The notes beneath the pieces were generated by a model, which searched no databases, was not told where the DNA came from, and was given only the letters and a program-made list of their open reading frames with translations. The position numbers and the translations under genes are program-made. From an uncultured Candidatus Rokubacteria bacterium (GTDB lineage: Bacteria; Methylomirabilota; Methylomirabilia; Rokubacteriales; CSP1-6): a stretch of 64,000 nt of DNA. The DNA lies in NCBI GenBank assembly GCA_963848005.1, contig CAWKCA010000043.1, positions 35,987-99,986 on the forward strand, read 5' to 3'. Positions 8,591-19,892 of this stretch are shown here, one piece after another (the stretch's first letter is position 1; each line of letters opens with the position of its first letter).

Positions 8591-9300
8591 CTAGAACCTG
8601 GCCGTGACCCTGAAGCAGAGATTGTCGCCCCCAACGTGTCTTTCCAGGCGAGGTCGCGGATATAGTGCGCGTTGAGGCCGATCTAGCTGGCGTTGGACTG
8701 GATCAGCGGCCCGATGCCGACTTTCGAGAAAGGTGGTGTCGCGCAACGTCCGTCCCCCGGCCGAATCATTGCGTCTGCTGAATGCCGGAGCCGGTCACTC
8801 CGAAGCGCCATGGCCCGAAGGTCCTGCGACGCGGTGTAATCGGCCGAGAAGATGTTGCCCGACTGATACCTGCCGTTCACGTTGCCCCGGGCGGTCGAGC
8901 TCGTGTTCTCCGTCATGATGTCGTAGACAGACGCACCGAGAGATCGAGCCCGTCTCTCACGTACGTGATCCCGACGCTTGGCTCGAAGGCCCAGAAGTTG
9001 TTGGCGCTGTTCACGAGGTCGTCGCGGTCATACTGACCGTTCGGCACGTGGATGGCAAAGCGGGCCGAGACGAAGAAATCACTCGGCAGCGCCCGGGCCA
9101 GGTTGAACGGGCTGATGATCGTGTTGTTCAGCCCGGTCTCGGTGCTGGTGAGGCGCCGGGGCGCGGATATGTGCCCGATCGGTACGGAATTCCCTCCACC
9201 GCTGCGATCCGGCCGGGAAGGGCGGATGCGCGCCGGCTCGAGGCCCAGCGCCGACGCGGTCGAGAAGGCGAATGCTAACGCTGCGTCCTCGAACGCCGCG
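8591..9300 (-). pseudogene. outer-membrane beta-barrel transporter gene (MetA-pathway/phenol-degradation-like family), multiply frameshifted and lacking a start
   Basis: Minus-strand pieces lie in three frames: ...FAIHVPNGQYDRDDLVNSANNFWAFEPSVGITYVRDGLDLSVRLS / TENTSSTARGNVNGRYQSGNIFSADYTAS / ...GDNLCFRVTARF*. The terminal aromatic residue and alternating pattern are typical of OM barrels. No intact ORF and no start or signal peptide. Confidence 0.55.
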
Positions 9301-9304
9301 AGGA

Positions 9305-10007
<703 letters not shown>

Positions 10008-10008
<1 letters not shown>

Positions 10009-10865
10009 CAGTCGCGAAGATACACGCGGCGCACGTCGGGGTTCTCGCGGATCTCGGCCGGCGAGCCCTCGGCCAGGACCTTGCCGTAGTTCAGCACGGT
10101 GATGCGGTCGGAGACCCCCATCACCACCTCCATGTCGTGCTCCACGAGGACGATGGTCACGTTCCCGCGATGGTGCGGATGAAGTCGCGCCGTCTGCTTG
10201 GTCTCCTCGGGGCTCATGCCCGCGGTGGGCTCGTCGAGCAGCAGGAACTCTGGCTCGGTGGCCAGCGCGATGCCGATCTCCAGATAGCGCTGTTCGCCGT
10301 GGGAGAGGGCGCCGGCGGGGAGATCCCGCTTGGCCCCGAGGCCGAGCAGGGCGAGCATGCGCTCCGCGCGCTCGGCCACCTCGCGGAGCGCGTCGGCGTT
10401 GCGCCAGAGGCTGAAGGTGGTGACGCGCGACTGGGCGGCGATCCGGAGATTCTCGCAGGACCGTGAGGTCCGCGAAGATGTTGGTGACCTGATAGGAGCG
10501 CGCGAGGCCCAGCCGGGACACCACGTGCGGGGGGAACGCGGTGATGTCCTGCCCCTTGAAGAGGATCCGCCCGTCCGTGGGGGGCAGGACCCCGGTGAGC
10601 ATGTTAAAGAACGTGGTCTTCCCCGCTCCGTTGGGGCCGATGACGGCGCGCAGCTCGCCGCGCCGACCTGGAAGTCGACGCGGTCGACGGCGGTGAGCCC
10701 CCCGAAGCGCATGGTGAGCCCGCGGCTCTCCAGGAGCAGGCCCGTCGCCGGCGCTGCCGGCCGGCCGTCGAGAGGCGACGGCGTTCGCCAGATCGCCGGC
10801 GCCTCCGGGGGAGCCGGAGCGCGTGGGGCATCCGGCGCCCCGCGGGAGGATCGGACGGGTGTCAC
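10008..10865 (-). CDS. livG: branched-chain amino acid ABC transporter ATP-binding protein LivG (about four frameshifts); 5' boundary uncertain
   Basis: LTMRFGGLTAVDRVDF, then Walker A (VIGPNGAGKTTFFNMLTG) in another frame, then back to LSHGEQRYLEIGIALATEPEFLLLDEPTAGM and VLVEHDMEVV. GTG 10865 is the first in-frame start after the hairpin 10886-10913. Confidence 0.7.
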
Positions 10866-11901
10866 AGCCCGCGCTAATGGGGAGGTTTGGAGGGGGTCCA
10901 GGCCCCCTCCAAATGATGGTAGACGCCCAACAAGCAGCCGCGCGCGCACCAGGCGGCGCAAGCTCCCCACGATGCCCTCGGGCAGGAACAGGACGATGAG
11001 GACGAAGCTGGCGCCGACGAAGACCTCCCAGTACTCGAGCTTCTTGGAGAGGAAATCGCGCATCCACACGAACACCGCGGAGCCGACGAAGGGGCCGAGC
11101 AGGGTGCCCGTGCCGCCGAAGAGGGTCATGATGAGCACGGTGCCCGACATCGTCCAGTGGATGTTCTCGATGGGCACGAACTCCAGGGTGACGGTGAGCA
11201 GTCCACCCGCCAGCCCGGAGAAGAGCCCCGAGAGGGCAAAGGCCACGAGCTTGACTCGCCGCGTGTCGTATCCGCAGGCCTGGGCGCGCCGCTCGTTGGC
11301 CTTGGTCGCGCGCATCGCCCGTCCGAAGGGCGAGCGATGGATGCGCCGGACCAGGAGCATGGCCAGGAAGACGGTGGCCGCGATGGCGTAGTAGAGCGCG
11401 ACGGGACGCTTGGAGAGGCGGAAGCCGCCGAAGACGTCGCTGAGGAACAGCCGCGGCAGGTTTCCCAGGCCGTCGGTGCCCCCGGTGGGCCTCCACATGA
11501 GCACGATGTAGTAGAAGACCTGCGAGAGGGCCAGGGTCAGCATGGCGAAGTACACGCCGCGCTTGCGCAGGGCGAGCGGGCCGACGAGGAGCGCGGTGCA
11601 CCAGGCCGCCGAGGGCGCCGGCCAGGACGGCCAACTCCACCGAGATCGTGCGCAGGTTGACCAGGAGCAGGCCCGTCACGTAGGCGGCGACGCCCACGAA
11701 GGCCGAGTGGCCCAGCGAGAGCACGCCGGTGTGCCCGAGCAGGATGTCGTAGGCGAGGGCGAAGAGTCCGAAGACGAGCACCTCGGTGAGCAGGGCCAGG
11801 TAGAACGGCGTGTAGTCGGCGGCGAGCGGCGCAGCCAGCAGCAGCGCGGCCGCGACTCCCAGACCCCAGCGCTCGAAGAACCGCGCGAGGGCGGGCAGCA
11901 C
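10866..11901 (-). CDS. livM: branched-chain amino acid ABC transporter permease LivM (frameshift near 11605; 3' end and stop not resolved)
   Basis: GTG 11901 starts MLPALARFFERWGLGVAAALLL...GHTGVLSLGHSAFVGVAAY. The frame then switches to ORF 10008-11555 (YFAMLTLALSQVFYY...TGGTDGL...ACGYDTRRVKL...). No stop separates it from livG in the observed frame. Confidence 0.7.
10886..10913. repeat. perfect 11-bp inverted repeat (hairpin) at the livM/livG junction
   Basis: TTTGGAGGGGG-tccagg-CCCCCTCCAAA. Confidence 0.6.
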
Positions 11902-11908
11902 GCCGCCG

Positions 11909-12807
11909 TCACTCCTCGGAGACTCCCTCCTGGCCGAACAGCCCGCGGGGGCGGACGAGGAGCACCACCGCCATCAGGAGGTAGATGACCACGTCGGCGA
12001 AGACGTCGTACACCATGCCCGTGAGGGCCAGGACCTGGCCGATGAGGAGCCCGCCCGCGATGGGCCCCAGGAAGCTTCCCATGCCGCCCACCACCGTCAC
12101 GATGAAGCACTCGATGAGGATGAGGCCGCCCATCTCGGGGGCCACCGCCACCAGCGGCGCGGTGATGACCCCCGCGAAGGCGGCCAGCGCTGCGCCCAGG
12201 GCATACGTCGTGGTCCACGTGCGGGCGACGTTGATGCCGAAGAGTCGGACCATCCTGTTGTCGCTGGTGCCGGCCCGGATGACCAGGCCGAGGTTCGTGC
12301 GGTTGAGAAGCAACCACAACAGGGGCAGGAGGACCGCGGTGACGCCGATGATGAAGATGCGGTAACCGCCGATCTCGCTTCCCCCGAGGGTGAAGAGGGA
12401 CCCAGTGAGGAGCTGGGGACGGCGAAGGGCTTGCCCGGCCGCCCGAAGATCATCCGGACGATGTCGGGGATCATGATGGCCAGGCCATAGGTGACGAGGA
12501 CCCCGGCGAAGTTGGCGTTCCTGGTGCCGTAGATGCGGCGGAGCACGCCGATCTCCACCAGCGCTCCCACGCCGGCGACCAGCGCGGGGGCCACCAGCAG
12601 GGAGAGCCAGAAGTTCCCGGTGAGCTGGACGGTGAGCCAGCCGACGTAGGCGCCCAGCATGTAGAAGATGCCGTGGGCAAAGTTGATGATGCCCATGAGG
12701 CCGAACACGATGGACAGGCCCTGGGCGACGAGAATCAGGATGCAGCCGTTCACCAGCCCGATGAAGAGCTGCGCGGTCCAGGCTTCGAGCGGGTAGCCGA
12801 ACAGCAT
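11909..12807 (-). CDS. livH: branched-chain amino acid ABC transporter permease LivH (one frameshift)
   Basis: N-terminal half in ORF 12097-12807 (LFIGLVNGCILILVAQGLSIVFGLMGIINFAHG). C-terminal half in ORF 11909-12319 (LGLVIRAGTSDNRMVRLFGINV...). The shift lies at the G4 run 12415-12418. Confidence 0.8.
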
Positions 12808-12847
12808 AGGAGCGGCCCGCCGCCGGCGCGGACGGCGGGCGCTCGCC

Positions 12848-14106
12848 TCAGGCCTGGTCGCTCAGGCGCTTCTTGGGGTCGAAGCCCTCGCTCTCGCAGG
12901 ACTCGGCGCTTTCCTCGCCGCCCACGGCCTGGACGATCTCGAAGTAGTCCCAGTCGTCCTTCATGGCCGAGGCCGCCTTGCCCCTGCAGAGGAAGACCTC
13001 CTGGATGTTCACGTGGTCGCAGGCGCGGATATACTCCGGCCCCTTCAGGTACTGGAACTTTCGCCCCTCGATGGCGCGGATGACCTTCTCGGTGTCCAGG
13101 CTCTTGGCGTCCTTCGCGGAGTCGAGCAGGACGCGCACGGTCGCGTAGGTCGACGCCGCGTAGCCGGAGGGCGCGCGCTTGCGCTTGGCCACGTGCTTGT
13201 CGTAGTAGGCCTTGGCCCCCGGGTACTTGTCCTTGAGCTGCCAGTACCAGGGCATCCCGCTGTACGTGCCCTCGTAGACGCCCTTGCCCGCGGCCTCGGC
13301 GAAGGTCAGCTCGGTGACGCCGTGGATGACCTGGGCCTGCTTGCGCAGCCCGAACTCCTGGATCTGCTTGGCGCAGGCGACCTGGTCGGCCGCCCACGTC
13401 ACCACGAAGATCACGTCGGCCTTGACGGCCGCGGCCTTGGGGAGGAAGGGCAGGAAGTCGCGCGTGCCCAGGGGCGCCCACGTCACCCCCGTCCACTCCG
13501 CGCCCACCTGCTTGGCCACGATGGAGAGCGCGCGCTCGATCATCTGCGGCCAGGAGTAGTTGTTGGCGAGCATGTGCCACTTCTTGCCGAAGCCCTGCTG
13601 GTGCACGAAGCGGGCGGCGGAGGCGGCCGTCTGGTACGGGGTCACGTTCGTCCCGTACTGGTACTTGCACATCTTGCCCTTGACGGTCAGGAAGTTCTGG
13701 CCGTAGAAGCCGACCACGACCTCGTTCTTGCAGCCGACCTCGGAGAGCGCGATGCCCTCGAAGCCCACGAGGGCGCCCACCAGGAAGGGGCACTTCTCGA
13801 CTTCCACCAGCTCGGTGGACTTGCGCTTCATGACCTCCGGCTTGAACTCGCTGTCGCGGGTGAGCAGCTCGACCTTGCGGCCGAGCACGCCGCCGCCGCG
13901 TTGACGTCGTCCACGGCGATCTGGGTGGCCGCGAGCATCTCCTGCGCCTCGAGGGCCATGGGCCCCGTGAAGGGATAGAGGGCGCCGAGCTTGATGGGCT
14001 GATCGCCGAGGGCCAGGCGGTTGACGAAGGGAAAATCCGCGGCCGCGGCGAAGCCTGGCGTGACGGCCACACCCTTGAGGAAATTCCGTCGCGTCACTCG
14101 CGTCAT
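12848..14106 (-). CDS. livK: branched-chain amino acid ABC transporter substrate-binding protein LivK-like, Tat signal (one frameshift)
   Basis: ATG 14106 starts MTRVTRRNFLKGVAVTPGFAAAA (twin-arginine signal), then IKLGALYPFTGPMA. The frame switches near 13890-13900 into ORF 12848-14212 (periplasmic binding protein type I fold). Confidence 0.8.
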
Positions 14107-14216
14107 CGCTGTTCCCTCCCGGGCTCCATTGCCCGATGTCGCGCTCGCTTGTGTGGTACCCCGCACGTCGCGAGGCGCGGTAGAGATAGCAGGCGCCCTC
14201 GGAAACTGTCAAGCCG

Positions 14217-14262
14217 CGCAGAGTCGTTCCACGCAGAGTCGTTCAGCCGCGCAGAGTCGTTC
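14217..14262. promoter_or_regulatory. three direct copies of CGCAGAGTCGTTC upstream of the liv operon (candidate operator)
   Basis: Exact 13-mers at 14217-14229, 14232-14244 and 14250-14262, lying 110-155 bp upstream of the livK start and just downstream of the FIST gene stop. Confidence 0.35.
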
Positions 14263-14320
14263 ACGCGGGCGCGCAGGTCGGCGAGGTGTCTGTCGAAGGT
14301 CCGGGTGCTGGAGGTCCGGG

Positions 14321-15489
14321 CTATTCCGGGATCAGCAGAAGGGCGCCGGTGTAGTTGTGGAAGAAATTCTGGCGACCCACGGGAGCGAGCTCACCGTTGC
14401 CGAAGAATCCCGTGAGCGGAAACTCGCCGAGCGCCTCCCGGATCAAGGTCACATCGTGGTCGGGCTCCCCGTAGAGCCCCTGACCCCGCCCCGCACAGTT
14501 GAAGTAGCAGCCAAAGACCGGCCGACGGCCGTTCAGGCGAGCGCGCAGGGAGGCGAGGGTGGCCTGGAGATCCTCGCGAGAGGCGGTGGCGTCGCGAAGC
14601 TGGAACTGGATCGTCTGTCCCACCCGCACCAGCTCGGCCACGGCGACGGCCCCACTCTTGGGATCGACGCCCATGAGGTTGCGAACGAGAAAGTCGCCAC
14701 GCTCGAGCGGGGACTTGGCCGGGTCCATGGCCAGTCCCGCGAAGATGCCCGCACGGGGAATGCGTTCCTCGGCGTTCTCCACGGTGTGCATGGCCTCGCG
14801 CAGGACCTCCAGAGCAGGACGACCCGCGATCTGGTGCACGACGTTCCGCTCGGCCCGGGTGACGACGTAGGGCTCACCGATCGGCGCACACCCCTGCGCC
14901 ACGCCGATCAAGGGCACGGGCCCGGACACGGCCACCCCCGCGAGCCCGCCCGCGAGCGTCTGCGTGTTGCAGAGCTCGATGGGCTCGCCCGTTCCCGCGG
15001 CCACGGCTCCGAGCACGGGCACGGGGCCGAGGGTCTCGGCCAACCCGCCCAGCAGAGCCTTGGGGTCGAACCCGCGCGGGTCCGGGAGGAGCATGAGGCT
15101 TCCTCCCTCGGCCAAGCGTCGCCTCCGCGGAGTCGGCGATCTCCCGGGCCAGCTCGGCACCGCCTCGGTTCAGGCTCTCGATGGATATGGGACTGGCGAC
15201 GAGGCGATCGTCCTGGATGACGAGCACAGCGGCCGCTGACGTCTCCCTCGATCTCGCGCTGCTCGGTGAGCACCCCGACACCCGAGCAGCCCACCACCGT
15301 GCGAGCGCCTGTCACGCGCCGCACAACGTGCAAGATTTCGTGAGCGGCGGCTCGCGCATCGCCACTGAGAAACACGAGGGCGACCTGCCCGTGGCTGAGA
15401 CCGCCTCGCTCCATCGCCGCGGTCGCCGCGTCGAGCACGGCCGTCGCCAGGCTTGGCGATACCGCGATGCCGGATCCCGCCTGTCCCAC
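14321..15489 (-). CDS. FIST N/FIST C domain sensory protein (two frameshifts)
   Basis: Three overlapping minus ORFs (14908-15489, 14874-15281, 14321-15160) join to one product of about 389 aa: ...VALVFLSGDARAAAHEILHVV...GCSGVGVLT... / ...IQFQLRDA..SREDL...FGCYFNCAGRG..LYG. This is the FIST_C signature. Confidence 0.7.
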
Positions 15490-15530
15490 GCTGGCCTATC
15501 TCCTGCGCCCGGCGAGCGTCACGGCGGGCG

Positions 15531-16748
15531 CTACGCCTTCATCCCGTAGAAGAGGCGTGTCTCCGTGCCGGAGCTACCCCTGGGCCAGGGGTGGGCGCGC
15601 AGGACTTCTTCGTTGATCTCGGCGCCCCAGCCGGGCTCGGTGGGGACGAAGATGTGGCCGTCCTTGATGAGCGGGCGGCCGCGTGACCAGCTCGGCCTTC
15701 CACGGCACGTCGTCGATGTCGATCTCCATGATGCGCACGTTGGGAAGCACGGCGCAGAGGTGGATCGAGTGCAGGTCGGCGAGGTGGCTGTAGTAGTTGT
15801 GCGGGGCGATGTTGATCTCGTAGGCCTCGGCCATGCGGCCGATCTGCACGGCCTGGGAGAAGCCGTTCCACGGCACGTCGATGATGGCCACGTCCATGGC
15901 GTGCAGCTCGAGGAAGCGCCGGTACTGGCGCGTGGTCACCAGGCTCTCGCAGGAGGCCAGCCGGGTCGACGTCGACTGCTTGATCTGCAGCAGCGCCTCG
16001 GGTCCCAGTTGTCGTACTCCACCCACTGCATGTCGAACTGCTCCAGCAGCTTGGCGATGCGCAGCACGCCCTCGGTGCGGAAGTTGTAGTTGAGGTCGAG
16101 GCAGAGGCCCACGTCGGGGCCGACGGCGCTCCGGAACGTGCCGATCAGCCGCTCGATGGCGCGCAGGATCTCCACGCTGGGCGCGCCGTCGGTGGTGTTG
16201 ATCCCGCTGGTGAAGCCGGGGAAGTAGACGGAGGCCGGATCGCCGGGGATCACGATATTGGTCTTGAGCGCGGTGAAGCCGCGCTGGACGACCTCGCGCC
16301 CGAGCGCGGCGACGTCGTCGTAGGTGCGCAGGGGCGGCGTGCCGAGCACGTGGCCCAGGCGTGCGCGCGTGGTGCCGCAGTGCGACCAGTAGAGCGGGAC
16401 CGGTCGCGCAGCGGCCCGCCGAACAGCTCGTAGACGGGCACGCCAAGGGCCTTGGCCTTGATGTCCCACAGCGCCAGCTCGATGCCGGCCATGGCCTTGT
16501 GCGTGACCCCGCCGAGGTTCTGCCGCGTGCGCGCGCAGCATGTCCCAGTACAGCCGCTCGACGGGCCGCGGGTCCTGGCCGACGAGCAGATGCGTCGAGG
16601 TCGCGCACGCATCCTGCATCCCGTAGGGGCTGCGGTTGTCGCTGCACTCGCCCCAGCCCACCAGGCCGTCGTCGGTCTCGATGCGGACGAAGGTCCACGG
16701 CCGCCAGCCGCCGTCACAGTGACGCGTCTCCACGCGCGCGATCTTCAT
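15531..16748 (-). CDS. enolase-superfamily enzyme (mandelate racemase/muconate lactonizing, acid-sugar or imino-acid dehydratase-like), about four frameshifts
   Basis: [27 protein letters not shown]; [27 protein letters not shown] (alternate frame); LCLDLN; MQWVEYD / [29 protein letters not shown]. The metal-binding D/E/D pattern is present. Pieces lie in ORFs 15936-16991, 16250-16717 and 15574-16698, plus an unlisted terminal frame ending at TAG 15531. Confidence 0.75.
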
Positions 16749-16765
16749 CGCCATCCTCTCCTTGG

Positions 16766-17847
16766 CTAGCTCGCCGCGAGCTTCTCGGCGTCGGCCCGCG
16801 CGAGCCCGATCTGCTCGGCGGCGGCGAGGATCTCTCCCCAGGTCGTCGCGTCGACGGCGATGCCGTCGCGCAGGCGCTCTTCCCGCGCCATGCGCTCGGG
16901 GTCGCCGGGCACGAGGACGGGCGCGCCGGGCGCGGCGGGCGGGGAGGCCTTCACGTAGGCCACGAAGCCGTCGATCTCGCGGCGCAACCACTCGGTGCCG
17001 GCCAGGCGCGTGGGATCACCAGGAAGGCGGTCATGCTGTTGAGCGTCCCGCCGGCCCGCGGATTGCCCGGCTGAATGGTGTTGCCGCCCGAGAGACCCGC
17101 GGCCAGCAGCTCCGTCACGACGGCGAGCGCATAACCCTTGTGTTTGCCGAACGCGCGCAGGGCGCCGTGCGGCTCCTGGTACATCACGTTGGGATCGGTG
17201 GTCGGCTGCCCGTGCTGATCGATCAGCATCCCCTCGGGGACGGGACGCTTTTCGTTGCGCGCCACGCGCACCTTGCCCATGGCGACTTCGCTGGTGGCCA
17301 TGTCCAGCAGCACCGGTGGCTGCGCGGCCGTCCCCGGGATGGCGATGCACACGGGATTCGTGGAGAAGCGCGCGTCGCTGCCACGGAACGGCGCCACCAG
17401 CCCTCGATGGTCGGCCACGTTGACGAAGTGGAGCGACACGAGCCCGGCGGCGATGGCCATCTCGCCGTAGCCCCCGATGCGGCCGATGTGATGGGCGTTG
17501 GCGAGGGTGACGATGACGATACCGGTCTGGCGACAGCGGTCGATGGCCGCGGCCATGGCTTCGCCGGCCACGCGCCGGCCGTAGCCGCGCTGGCCGTCGA
17601 ACATGAGAATCGCCCCGTCGTCCTTGACGACCTTCGCGGGAGTGTTCGGCGACACCAGGCCGGCCTTCAGATGGCGGATGTAGGACGGGATCATGCCCAC
17701 GCCGTGGCTGTCGTGCCCGGCGAGGTTGGCGTTCACCAGGTGGCCGATCACGAGGTCGGCCTCGGCCGCCTCGCTGCCGCCCCGGCGGAAGATCTCGCCC
17801 CCCAGCTTCTGAAGCGCGTCGTGTCGAAAGCGTCCGATGCTCGTCAC
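16766..17847 (-). CDS. Ldh2-family (malate/L-lactate dehydrogenase family 2) NAD(P)H oxidoreductase (one frameshift)
   Basis: LVNANLAGHDSHGVGMIPSYI...GYGEMAI...STNPVCIAIPG...MATSEVAMGKV...FGKHKGYALAV. The C-terminal 75 aa are in ORF 16766-17350. The shift lies at the G3 run 17012-17014. GTG start at 17847. Confidence 0.75.
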
Positions 17848-17905
17848 CGTTCTCCTCCCAGAGCTGCCACGATGCTCGTCACCGGTCTCCTCCCAGCGCT
17901 GTCAC
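17836..17905. repeat. 35-bp tandem duplication of the dehydratase-stop / Ldh2-start junction
   Basis: GATGCTCGTCACCGTTCTCCTCCCAGAGCTGCCAC (17836-17870) and GATGCTCGTCACCGGTCTCCTCCCAGCGCTGTCAC (17871-17905), 32/35 identical. Confidence 0.75.
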
Positions 17906-19834
17906 GATGGCGTCGACGTCGTAGACGCATCCGCCCCACGTGCCGCCGCTCACGCGCTGGAGCGCCGCCCACAGCCGCGTGTCGTCGGGCAGGTCGGGAT
18001 CGGCCGCCAGGTCCGGCCGCGGCGGGCGAGCGGCGAGGATGCGGGCGCCCTCCTCGGGGCCGAAGATCGCTTCGCCGTGCCCGACGAGATCGATGCTGCC
18101 TTCGAGCCGCCGGCGGTCCACGGCGATCTGGATCACGTCGCCGTCCCGCAGGCGCCCGATGGGCCCGCCCGCGAGCGCCTCCGGGGCGACGTGGCCGATG
18201 CAGGCGCCCGTGGAGACGCCGGAGAAGCGCGCGTCGGTCAGGACGGCCACGTGCTTGCCCCACGAGAGATGGCGCAGGGCCGCCGTGATCTCGTAGATCT
18301 CCTCCATCCCCGCGCCGATGGGCCCGCGGCAGATGAGCACGAGCACGTCCCCCGGATGGATGCGCTCGGGCCCCTGGCTCTTGATGGCGGCGATGGCCGC
18401 GCGCTCGGTGGTGAACACGCGCGCGGGGCCCGTCTTGCGGTACACGCCGTCGGCGTCGACGACGGTGGGGTCGATGGCGGTGCTCTTGATCACCGAGCCC
18501 TCCGGGGCCAGGTTGCCCCGCGGAAACGTGACGGTGCTGGTGAGCCCGGCCTGCTCGGCGCGCTCGGGACTCATGATGACCTCGTCGGGATCGATGCCGT
18601 CGTCGCGGAGCCGCTCGCGCAGCGCGCGCCGCCGCTCCGAGGTCTCCCACCAGTCGAGCGACCGGCCCAGCGGCTCGCCGGAGACCGTCAGGCAGCGGTC
18701 GTCGAGGAGCCCCGCGCGCCGGAGGTGCAGCATCACTTCCGGAACGCCGCCGGCGAGGAACACGCGCACCGTCGGGTGCGGGCCGTTCGGGATGGCGTCG
18801 ACCAGGCGCGGGACTCGGCGGTTGACGGCACTCCAGTCCTCCACCGTGGGACGGCGGAGGCCCGCCGCATGGGCGATGGCCGGCACGTGCAGGAGGAGGT
18901 TCGTCGAGCCGCCGAAGGCGGCGTGCACGGTCATGGCGTTGCGAACGGCGGCGTCCGTCACGATCTCGCGCGTGGGAATCCGGCGCGACTCGAGATTGGC
19001 CAGCGCGCGGGCCGAGCGGCGGGCCATGTCGAGCCAGATGGGCTGTCCCGAGGGGGCGAGGGCGGAGTGAGGCAGCGACAGGCCGAGCGCCTCGCCGACC
19101 ACCTGCGAGGTGGCCGCGGTCCCGAGGAACTGGCAGCCGCCGCCCGGCGAGCCGCACGCGCGGCAGCCCAGCTCCTGCGCACGCTCCAGGGTCAGCTCCC
19201 CGTGGGCGAAGCGCGCGCCGATGGACTGGACTTTCCCGGCGTCCTCGCCATCGCGCGGCGGGAGGGTCACGCCGCCCGGCACCAGCACGCAGGGGAGATC
19301 GCGCATGGCCACGAGGGCCAGCATCATCGCGGGCAGGCCCTTGTCGCAGGTGGCGATGCCCAGCACGCCGCGGCGGGTGGGCAGCGAGCGGATCAGGCGG
19401 CGGAAGACGATGGCGGCGTCGTTGCGGTAGGCGAGGCTGTCCATCATGCCGGCCGTCCCCTGCGTTCGTCCGTCGCAGGGATCGGAGACGAAGGCCGCGA
19501 AGGGCAGGCACTCGAGCCGGGCCAGCTCCTCCGCGGCGGCCTGCATCAGCAGCCCGACTTCCCAGTGGCCGGTGTGATAGCCAAGGGCGACCGGACGGCC
19601 GTCGGCGCGCCGCACGCCGCCCTGGGTGCTGAGCAGCAGGAACTGCGGGCGCAAGAGCTCTCGCGGATCCCAGCCCATGCCGGCGTTCTGCGTGAGCCCG
19701 AAGATGTCGCCGCTCGGCTGCTCGCGCAGCATCTCGGGAGTGAGGGGCAGCCGCCCGGACGGTCCGGAGCCGGCCGTCTCGATCGCCCAGCTATCGGGGC
19801 TCGACTCGACGATGGTGTCGAAGGCGAGAGGCAT
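17879..19834 (-). CDS. IlvD/Edd-family dehydratase, YjhG/YagF (sugar-acid dehydratase) type
   Basis: Intact 651-664 aa [38 protein letters not shown] and [17 protein letters not shown] are hallmark IlvD/Edd motifs. Start taken at the second ATG (MPLAFD...); 19873 is also possible. Confidence 0.85.
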   Translation of the reverse strand: MPLAFDTIVESSPDSWAIETAGSGPSGRLPLTPEMLREQPSGDIFGLTQNAGMGWDPRELLRPQFLLLSTQGGVRRADGRPVALGYHTGHWEVGLLMQAAAEELARLECLPFAAFVSDPCDGRTQGTAGMMDSLAYRNDAAIVFRRLIRSLPTRRGVLGIATCDKGLPAMMLALVAMRDLPCVLVPGGVTLPPRDGEDAGKVQSIGARFAHGELTLERAQELGCRACGSPGGGCQFLGTAATSQVVGEALGLSLPHSALAPSGQPIWLDMARRSARALANLESRRIPTREIVTDAAVRNAMTVHAAFGGSTNLLLHVPAIAHAAGLRRPTVEDWSAVNRRVPRLVDAIPNGPHPTVRVFLAGGVPEVMLHLRRAGLLDDRCLTVSGEPLGRSLDWWETSERRRALRERLRDDGIDPDEVIMSPERAEQAGLTSTVTFPRGNLAPEGSVIKSTAIDPTVVDADGVYRKTGPARVFTTERAAIAAIKSQGPERIHPGDVLVLICRGPIGAGMEEIYEITAALRHLSWGKHVAVLTDARFSGVSTGACIGHVAPEALAGGPIGRLRDGDVIQIAVDRRRLEGSIDLVGHGEAIFGPEEGARILAARPPRPDLAADPDLPDDTRLWAALQRVSGGTWGGCVYDVDAIVTALGGDR

Positions 19835-19892
19835 GTCTCGAGCTTCCTTTCCGAGGTGCCGGGTCACGGCCACCCGCGATGCGGCCGGAGCG

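Noticed and set aside
14149-14415. 88-aa ORF containing a repeated AESF peptide
   Set aside because: The peptide repeat is the translation of the three 13-bp DNA repeats in an intergenic promoter region. There is no other coding signal.
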